Below are positions 57,604 to 64,000 of a stretch of 64,000 bases of DNA, one piece after another (position 1 is the stretch's first letter; each line of letters starts with the position of its first letter). The stretch is from an uncultured Gemmatimonadales bacterium. GTDB lineage: Bacteria; Gemmatimonadota; Gemmatimonadetes; Longimicrobiales; Longimicrobiaceae. The stretch spans positions 7,360,001 through 7,424,000 of the forward strand of contig OY970303.1 of the NCBI GenBank assembly GCA_963716255.1. Reading direction: 5' to 3'. The notes beneath the pieces are model-generated. The model was not told the DNA's origin. It did not search any database and saw only the letters and a program-made list of their open reading frames with translations. The position numbers and the translations under genes are program-made.

Positions 57604-57729
57604 GCGTGAGGGATGCGAGCGCGAAGCGGCGAGACCCGGGGCTGTTTCCGGGGCTCGCCTCCGTTACGCACGGTCGTTTCGTGCGTTACGGAGCCGCAGC
57701 CCGACCCCGGCGCAGCCGGGGGCACGCCC
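57604..57729 (+). repeat. Repeat family A, copy 11 (variant subtype, 5'-truncated)
   Basis: GCGTGAGGGATGCGAGCGCGAAGCGGCGAGAC...GGCACGCCC. Confidence 0.88.
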
Positions 57730-57772
57730 GGACCCGCAGTTCCAGGCCGGGTCCGGGCGTGCGGCTGCGACG

Positions 57773-58597
57773 TCAGCGTCCGTGCCCGCCGCCGCCCGGT
57801 CCGCCGCGCTTGCCGTGCTCGGGGAGGGTGGTGGTGACGTTCACGGCCTGCCCGCAGAAGGTGCCGGTGACCTTCTGGGTGCGCGCGGTGGGGTCGAAGG
57901 TGGTGGCGAGGTTGACGGCGCAGGTGCCGGAGCGGCCGTCGCTGGTGGTGTAGGTGAACGAGCCGGTCTGCGTGCCGGTGGTGGCGCCGCGCGTCAGCCG
58001 CCCGCCGCGCGCGGTGTCGCTTGCCGCGGCCCAGCTGTAGCTGGAGGTGGACTGGCTCACCAGGCTGGGGGCGCCGGTGATGGTGATCACCGTGCCGGGG
58101 TTGGCGATGGTGCGGAGGGTGGTGTTGAGGCTGTCCACCGTGAAGGCGCAGGCGGCCGGGGTGTCGGTGGAGCTGGTGGTGACTTTGCCGGTGCGCGCGA
58201 CGGTGTCGACGACGCTGGTGACCGTGGTGACGCTGCGGGTGGTGCCGCCCTGCGGGCAGGGCCGGGTGCGGTCCACGGTGGTGGTGGTGGTGCCGTGGAT
58301 CCCCGGGCGGCGCGGCCCCCAGATCCCCAGCCCGCCGATGCCGCCCCCGCCGCCGCCCGGGTGCGCCGACGCCGACAGGCTGGGCCCGGAGGTGCTGGAC
58401 ACGGAGAAGCTGGCGTCGCTCCAGGCCAGGTCCTCGGCGTTGTCGGTGCCCAGGACGCTCACGCCGAAGGCGAGCGAGCGGGCCTCGCGGACGGACAGGC
58501 TTGCGCCGTCGGACGGGCCGGTGCCGGCCTCGGAGCACGCGGCTGCGCCGGCGAGGACGAGGGCGCCGGCCAGCAGGCGGGGGAACGGACGGGTCAT
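57773..58597 (-). CDS. Thr-rich hypothetical lipoprotein
   Basis: AAAC lipobox-like; GGAGG RBS; CPQGG and three more Cys; beta-rich composition. Confidence 0.75.
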   Translation of the reverse strand: MTRPFPRLLAGALVLAGAAACSEAGTGPSDGASLSVREARSLAFGVSVLGTDNAEDLAWSDASFSVSSTSGPSLSASAHPGGGGGGIGGLGIWGPRRPGIHGTTTTTVDRTRPCPQGGTTRSVTTVTSVVDTVARTGKVTTSSTDTPAACAFTVDSLNTTLRTIANPGTVITITGAPSLVSQSTSSYSWAAASDTARGGRLTRGATTGTQTGSFTYTTSDGRSGTCAVNLATTFDPTARTQKVTGTFCGQAVNVTTTLPEHGKRGGPGGGGHGR

Positions 58598-58977
58598 GGC
58601 AGTTGCCTCCGGGGTCGTGCCGGCGGCGGGCTCCGACCTGTTTCGGAGGCCTCGTGCGCCGGTTTCATCCCAGGAGACACGCGAGGGGGGCGGGTACCCC
58701 TATGCCTCGGTCATCTCACCCTCGCCTTGCCCGCGTGGCGACTGCTGGGGTAACGGAAAACAGAAAACCGACCCTTCGCAGGATGCGGAAGTCGGCTTGT
58801 GGAGGGAGATCTCGGCACGGCATCTGATGTGCCGCTATATCGAGCGGCCAGTCACGATCGCCGTCACGAGAACATGCGTGGCTCCGGTCCACGGGTCTAT
58901 TGTTTCGCCGCCGCCGCCCGTACAATGGGGGCAGTTTGTCGCCACTCCCCAGGTCGATCCGCCACCCAACATAGCGA

Positions 58978-60078
58978 ATGCGTTCCTATTCGACGCCGGA
59001 TTCAGCCCACCATGGGGAAGTCACAAAACTCGCAATCGTAGAGGCTCTGCTGTCCATCGCGCTATATATCGGGATCTGCATCTATCTTGAATCGTGGAGA
59101 TCTCTATCGCTGATTGTTGTTGGAGCCCCGCTCATGTTGTTTCGCACTGAAGTTTCAGCGGATTGGATCCTTAGGATCTGTAAGGCATGGGGTGAGTGGT
59201 TGGAAAGGATCGCATCCTCGCCAAACCGTCCGAAATATCTAGATAAACCGGTGACATTTTTCTTGGTATTAGCCTGGACAATCGTCGCTGTGATTCTTCG
59301 AGTGGTCGGCACAATTTACTGGGTGGTCCGTAGACCTCTGTACACTCTCAAAGAAGCACCGAAAAACTGGCTAAGGCAGACGCTATGCACTGACTTCATG
59401 CATCCGCCTGAGATTGTACCGATGGAGGTTCTAAAGGGTGATCCGCAGTACCATCCTAAATTCACAGTTTTGGTTGAGGAAATCCGCGATTCGGCAGGCG
59501 CGCGTGAAAAAACATTGCTTGTGCTTCTTTACTCCGCGATCTTCCTAATCGGGTTTCTCCCTTCCGCAGTTTACCGCATTTCGTTCAAGGCGACCTCAAT
59601 TGTGTACGCACCATTCATCTGGGCGGTGCACTCGACTATCTGGACGCTGCTGCCACTGAAGGTACGCCTGGAGAGAATCACGAAGGGCGAGTTGGAGAAA
59701 GTGCGGCGTGGATTCTCGTGGATCGTAATAGGCGTGCTTGGGGCAAAGGCGGGGCTCGCGCTCGGTTTCGTCGATCCAAAGATACTGGCGGAGAAATTCC
59801 CTACCGCCCGGGCCGCGGAACTCCTACTGGTCCCCGGCGGTTGGCCGTGGTGGCAGCTCACGTTGCTGACCGATGCCGTGCTGACGTTCATCCTGCTCTT
59901 CTTCGCCGACGCCGCGCTCGCCCGCCATGAAGGCTCGCACCCGTGGCCGGAGCGGACGGTTCTGGACGTAACCTCCACCATCTCGTTCGTGCGCGTGACG
60001 CTGAGCCTGCTCACCATCGCGCACTTCTTCGGGCTGGCGCTCCACATCGCGTTTCCCACCGTCGCCTGGCCCTGGTAG
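58978..60078 (+). CDS. Hypothetical multi-pass membrane protein with atypical (lower) GC
   Basis: 366-aa ORF with several hydrophobic segments; many A/T-ending codons in the 5' two-thirds. Confidence 0.7.
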   Translation: MRSYSTPDSAHHGEVTKLAIVEALLSIALYIGICIYLESWRSLSLIVVGAPLMLFRTEVSADWILRICKAWGEWLERIASSPNRPKYLDKPVTFFLVLAWTIVAVILRVVGTIYWVVRRPLYTLKEAPKNWLRQTLCTDFMHPPEIVPMEVLKGDPQYHPKFTVLVEEIRDSAGAREKTLLVLLYSAIFLIGFLPSAVYRISFKATSIVYAPFIWAVHSTIWTLLPLKVRLERITKGELEKVRRGFSWIVIGVLGAKAGLALGFVDPKILAEKFPTARAAELLLVPGGWPWWQLTLLTDAVLTFILLFFADAALARHEGSHPWPERTVLDVTSTISFVRVTLSLLTIAHFFGLALHIAFPTVAWPW

Positions 60079-60195
60079 CGAGCCGCCCCCGTGCCACGAA
60101 CGCGAAGGGAGTCCGCACCTCGTGGGCACGGACCCCCTTGCGATGGATCTTTTAACTGTCCGTCTCGCGCCTCTCACCCGCTGCCCAGGTGGTGA

Positions 60196-60459
60196 CTACG
60201 GCGTGGGCTCCATAGGACAAAGCTCCGCCCGCCCGCCCGACCCGTAAGTCCCACCGCTCCGGTCCACTCCGCAGGTGGAAAACGACGTAACCGTGACCGT
60301 GACCGTCCCTCCGTCCTCCGCACTCCGCCCTCCTGATCCGTAGGTCCCCCCTCCATCAAACTGTGGTGCGGCCGGGGCCGTGATCATCGCTCCGTCCGTG
60401 CAGGCGGCGAGCGCGCCAGCGCAGGCGAGGGAAAGGGCGAATGCTCGAATCTTGTGCAT
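60196..60459 (-). CDS. Small lipoprotein with two GGTYGSGGR repeats
   Basis: Lipobox LAAC; GGAG RBS; exact 9-residue internal repeat. Confidence 0.7.
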   Translation of the reverse strand: MHKIRAFALSLACAGALAACTDGAMITAPAAPQFDGGGTYGSGGRSAEDGGTVTVTVTSFSTCGVDRSGGTYGSGGRAELCPMEPTP

Positions 60460-60586
60460 GGGCTCCGTCCAAGTGGGAGGGGTGGAGTGTGGGTGCGCGA
60501 GCGAAGTTAATCCAGTCCGTCCGTTTGACGCCAGATTCCCGCGGGGTGCGCGGGCGGTGCATGCTCATCCGTCGTGCCCCCCGCCC

Positions 60587-61138
60587 TCACCCGTCGTCCG
60601 CGCCGGGGAGCCACGGCGCCAGCCGCTCCCGCAGCACCCGCAGCGCCTTCCCCATCTGCGCCTCCACCGTCTTCACCGAGATCCCCATGGTCTCCGCGAT
60701 CTCGGCGTAGCGCAGCCCCCGCACCCGGCTCAGCTCGAACACCTCGCGGCAGCGCTCCGGCAGCTCCCCCACCGCCTCGCGCACCGCGGCGTCGATCTCC
60801 GCCTCCTCCAGCGCGGCCTGCGCCGTGGGCGGCGACGACGACTCGCCCGCGGCGAAGGGCTCGCCGCGCCGCTCCACCTTCTCGTGGCGCAGGTGGTTGA
60901 GCGCGCGGTTGCGGACCGCGCGGAACAGGTACGCGCGCAGCGACTCCTCCAGCACCAGCGACTCCCGGCGCCGCCACAGCTCCAGCAGGACGTCCTGCAC
61001 GACCTCCTCCGCAACGGCGCGCTGCCGCAGCATCCCCTCCGCCAGCCTCACCAGCGGCGCGTAGTGGGCGCGGAAGAGGGCGTCGAAGGCGTCGTCGTCG
61101 CCTGCGCGAAGTCGGGCGAGGAGCTCCTGTTCGCTCAA
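60587..61138 (-). CDS. ECF RNA polymerase sigma factor (FecI-like)
   Basis: AFDALF, AEEVVQDV, YLFRAVRN, LPERCREVF, YAEIA...TVEAQM; TTG start after GGAGGAG. Confidence 0.92.
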   Translation of the reverse strand: MSEQELLARLRAGDDDAFDALFRAHYAPLVRLAEGMLRQRAVAEEVVQDVLLELWRRRESLVLEESLRAYLFRAVRNRALNHLRHEKVERRGEPFAAGESSSPPTAQAALEEAEIDAAVREAVGELPERCREVFELSRVRGLRYAEIAETMGISVKTVEAQMGKALRVLRERLAPWLPGADDG

Positions 61139-61277
61139 CGTGGGCCGGGCTCCTCCGGGCGTGGAATTCGCTGGGACTGTCGGCGTGCACCGCGGAAAGC
61201 CTAAATTATCCCGGGCCGTCCCACGCGAGCAACGTGCCGCGTAGGGGTGACGGCGCCCTGGCGTGTCTGGTGAGGGT

Positions 61278-62351
61278 ATGAGCGACGAGAGACCGAACCC
61301 CGCGCTGCCGGACGAGGACGTCGACTGGGAGGCGCTGGCCCGATACCTGGCCGGCGAGAGCCCCCCCGCCGAGGCCGAGTCCGTGCGCGCCTGGCTCGCC
61401 GCCGAGCCCGGGCGCGCTGCGCTGTACGGCGGGCTGGACGACGCCCTGGGCCGGCTGGCCTTCGCGCCGCCGGCGGACCTGGACGTGGAAGCCGCCCTGC
61501 GCCGCACCCGCGAGCGCATGCGCGAAACGCCGGTGATCCCCCTGGCGCCGCGCGCCCCCCGGAGGACCGCGTGGGCCGCCGCGTGGGGCTCGCCGGCGCT
61601 GCGCGCCGCCGCCGCCGTGGTGCTGCTGGTGGGCGGGGCGCTGCTCGCGTGGACGCTGCGCGAGCGGGGCGGGGTGGGGGCCCCGGGGCTCGCCGCCCGC
61701 AGCTACGCCACCGCCGTGGGGCAGCGCGACTCGCTGCGCCTGCCCGACGGCACCCGCGTGCTGCTGGGGCCGGGGAGCCGCCTGGAAGTGGCGGCGGGCT
61801 ACGGGGAGCGCGCGCGCGAGGTGGCGCTGAACGGCGAAGCGCTGTTCGACGTGCCGCACGACGACGCGCGCCCCTTCACCGTGCGGGCCGGGTCCGCGCT
61901 GGTGCGCGACCTGGGCACCGTATTCGGGGTGCGCAGCGACGACGCCGGCGCGGTGCGGGTGGTGGTGACGCAGGGCGCGGTGCAGCTGCGCCCCGCCGCC
62001 GCCCGTGCGGACACCGGCGTGGTGCTGCTCCGCGGCGACCGCGGCGTCCTCCCGCCCGCGGGCCGCGCCCGCGCCGAGCGCGCCGCCGCCCGCGAGGACG
62101 ACCTGGCGTGGACGCGCGGGCGTCTCGTCTTCCGCGACGCGCCCGTGGAGCGCGTCGCCGCCGACCTGCGCCGCTGGTACGGCGTGGAGCTGCGCGTGGC
62201 CGACCCGGCGCTCGCCGGGCGCCGCCTCACCGCGTCGTTCGCGGGCGAACCGCGCGAGCAGGTGCTGCGCGTGGTGGCGCTGGCGCTCGGCGCCGAGCTG
62301 GAGCTGCGCGGCGACGTCGCGACGCTGCGCGCCGGGGCGGGGACGCCGTGA
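61278..62351 (+). CDS. FecR family anti-sigma/sensor protein
   Basis: One TM helix; LPDGTRVLL, GEALFDV, DLGTVF, AWTRGRLVF, LRRWYGV. Confidence 0.92.
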   Translation: MSDERPNPALPDEDVDWEALARYLAGESPPAEAESVRAWLAAEPGRAALYGGLDDALGRLAFAPPADLDVEAALRRTRERMRETPVIPLAPRAPRRTAWAAAWGSPALRAAAAVVLLVGGALLAWTLRERGGVGAPGLAARSYATAVGQRDSLRLPDGTRVLLGPGSRLEVAAGYGERAREVALNGEALFDVPHDDARPFTVRAGSALVRDLGTVFGVRSDDAGAVRVVVTQGAVQLRPAAARADTGVVLLRGDRGVLPPAGRARAERAAAREDDLAWTRGRLVFRDAPVERVAADLRRWYGVELRVADPALAGRRLTASFAGEPREQVLRVVALALGAELELRGDVATLRAGAGTP

Positions 62352-64000
62352 GCCGCCGCCGCCGGGCCGCCTGCGCCGCGGCGGCGCTCGTGCTCGCCGC
62401 CGCGCTCCCCGCGCGCGCGCAGTCCGGGTGCGGCCCGCGCGCGGGCGCGCCCGCACCCGCTGGCGGCTGGGCGCCTCCGCTGGACCGCTCCGTGTCCCTG
62501 CACGCCGGCGACGTGTCGCTGCGCAGCGCCCTGGACCGCCTCGCCGCCGCCTCGCGCGTCCGCTTCTCCTACAGCGCCGACCTCCTCCCGCTGGACCGCC
62601 GCGTCTGCGCCTCCGGCGACGCCGTTCCCGTGGGGCAGGCGCTCGCCGAGCTGCTCCGCGGCACCGGCGTCGCCCCGGTGGTCGCCGGGCCGGACCAAGT
62701 GGTGCTGGCGCCCTCGCGCGAGCCCACCGCCGCCGGGGCCGCCGGCGCGGAGCCCGCGCAGACGGTGGCGCTGGACCGCATCGTGGTCACCGGCACCCCC
62801 AACGGGGGCTCGCAGCGCGCCCTCCCCTACGCCCTGGACGTGCTGGACGGCGGCGTACTGGAGCGGCGGGGGACGGGACGGCTGGCGCAGGAGCTGAACG
62901 GCGCCGTGCCCGGGATCTGGGCCTGGGAGTCGTCACCGGCCAGCGTGTTGACGCGCTACGGGAGCATCCGGGGCGCCAGCTCCTTCGGGGTGAGCTACCC
63001 CAAGGTGTACATCGACGGCATCGAGGTCGCCAACCCGCTCCTGGTGTCCCAGCTCGCCCCCGAGACGGTGGAGCGGGTGGAGGTGATCCGCGGGCCCCAG
63101 GGCGCGGCGCTCTACGGCACCGACGCCATCAGCGGCGTCGTCAACATCGTCACCCGGCACGAGGGGAGCGATCAGGGCGCCGCCCGCGTCCGCGTGCGCA
63201 GCGGCGTGGGCCTTTCCGACAGCGAGTTCTCGCCCGGCTCCCCGCTGGCGCAGGACCACGCCCTCACCCTGCGCGCCGGCTCCCCCACCCGCTCGGCGGG
63301 GCTCAGCGTGGCGGGGCGCAGCGTGGGCGAGTTCATCCCCGACGCCTACAGCCGCAGCGTGGCCGCACTGGGGAGCGCACGCCTGGTTGGAGCGCGCTCC
63401 ATCACCACCGGCCTCGCGCGCTTTTCCGCCGAGCGCGCCGGCGTGTCCGCCAGCCCGCTCCTCCCCGCGGACACCGGCGCCGCGGCCCCGGCCGTCGCCG
63501 CCGGCCGCCAGTCGGTGCGGCAGTACACCCTGGGGATGAGCTCCGTGTTCGTGCAGGACGACCGCTGGACGCACTCGCTGACCGTGGGCGTGGACGGCAA
63601 CCGGCTGGCCGGCGTCCCCGAGGGCCGCGCCCCGTTCGGCCTTGCCGACGCCCCCGGCGTGCGCACGGGCGACGGCGGCGCCGACCGGGGGACGTTCCGC
63701 GCCGGCAGCGTCGCCCGCTTCGGCGAGGGGGGCGCGCTGTCCGGGGGGATCGCCTTCGCCGCCGAGCACTCGGCGCTGCGCGAGGTCACCTATCCCGACG
63801 TGTCGCAGCCCGTGACGGGTGGATCCGGGTGGTCCGGGAGCACGCCGGGGCAGGGGAGCGCTACGGGGTCCGGGAGCACCGCCGAGCCGGCGGGGCCCGC
63901 CGCCGCGCAGGTGGAGTGGCGGCAGAGCTCGGCCGTGCTGGCCCAGGGGCACGCCTCGCTGCGCGAGTCGCTGTGGCTCACCGCCGGGCTGCGCCTGGAG
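62348..64000 (+). CDS. TonB-dependent receptor with N-terminal STN signalling domain (partial, runs off the window)
   Basis: GTG overlaps the fecR stop; my translation gives a signal peptide, SLRSALDRLA...FSYS (STN), IVVTG, PKVYIDG and ERVEVIRGPQGAALYGTDAISGVVNIVT; no stop in window, so absent from the ORF track. Confidence 0.9.
   Translation, partial: MSRRRRAACAAAALVLAAALPARAQSGCGPRAGAPAPAGGWAPPLDRSVSLHAGDVSLRSALDRLAAASRVRFSYSADLLPLDRRVCASGDAVPVGQALAELLRGTGVAPVVAGPDQVVLAPSREPTAAGAAGAEPAQTVALDRIVVTGTPNGGSQRALPYALDVLDGGVLERRGTGRLAQELNGAVPGIWAWESSPASVLTRYGSIRGASSFGVSYPKVYIDGIEVANPLLVSQLAPETVERVEVIRGPQGAALYGTDAISGVVNIVTRHEGSDQGAARVRVRSGVGLSDSEFSPGSPLAQDHALTLRAGSPTRSAGLSVAGRSVGEFIPDAYSRSVAALGSARLVGARSITTGLARFSAERAGVSASPLLPADTGAAAPAVAAGRQSVRQYTLGMSSVFVQDDRWTHSLTVGVDGNRLAGVPEGRAPFGLADAPGVRTGDGGADRGTFRAGSVARFGEGGALSGGIAFAAEHSALREVTYPDVSQPVTGGSGWSGSTPGQGSATGSGSTAEPAGPAAAQVEWRQSSAVLAQGHASLRESLWLTAGLRLE

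Noticed and set aside
90..57729. Repeat A as a CRISPR array or known self-cleaving ribozyme
   Set aside because: Copies are dispersed, with no repeat-spacer periodicity and no cas genes; I could not find hammerhead, twister or pistol core motifs by eye
58835..58972. 45-aa minus-strand ORF with CPHC (MLGGGSTWGVATNCPHCTGGGG...)
   Set aside because: No clear RBS, it overlaps the probable promoter region of the 58978 gene, and I recognise no family

Overview
Very GC-rich bacterial window. The SusC/SusD pair, lipoprotein-rich gene set and GC level suggest Gemmatimonadota, possibly Longimicrobium-like (inference only). In order, it holds: an alpha-glucan utilisation locus (six-hairpin glycosidase, glucokinase, ROK repressor, SusC/SusD, GH97, two GH13, esterase) interrupted by a signal-less astacin + M4-like protease + MBL-hydrolase cassette; VOC/GrpB genes; an LRR-Roc-COR-TIR (Roco) gene with a lower-GC 5' end; MFS + trehalase and maa; a small secreted gene with a complete six-Cys CS-alpha/beta defensin signature; a sugar ABC transporter with xylA/xylB; an M23 peptidase; a tightly coupled six-gene vWA / Ser-Thr kinase-FHA / FHA / Zn-FHA / PPP phosphatase / Zn-ribbon-TM operon; two zincin proteins (one fused to a propeller and an Omp85-like barrel); several lipoproteins; and an ECF sigma / FecR / TonB-receptor module cut off by the window end. 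Intergenic regions carry 11 copies of a ~150-bp structured repeat whose stems covary while its loops stay fixed. The best candidates for an undescribed system are the vWA-kinase-triple-FHA-PPP operon, the defensin-like gene, the covarying repeat, the protease-MBL cassette and the Roco-TIR. All calls come from reading motifs by eye; no database search was run. I saw no rRNA, tRNA, CRISPR array or transposase.
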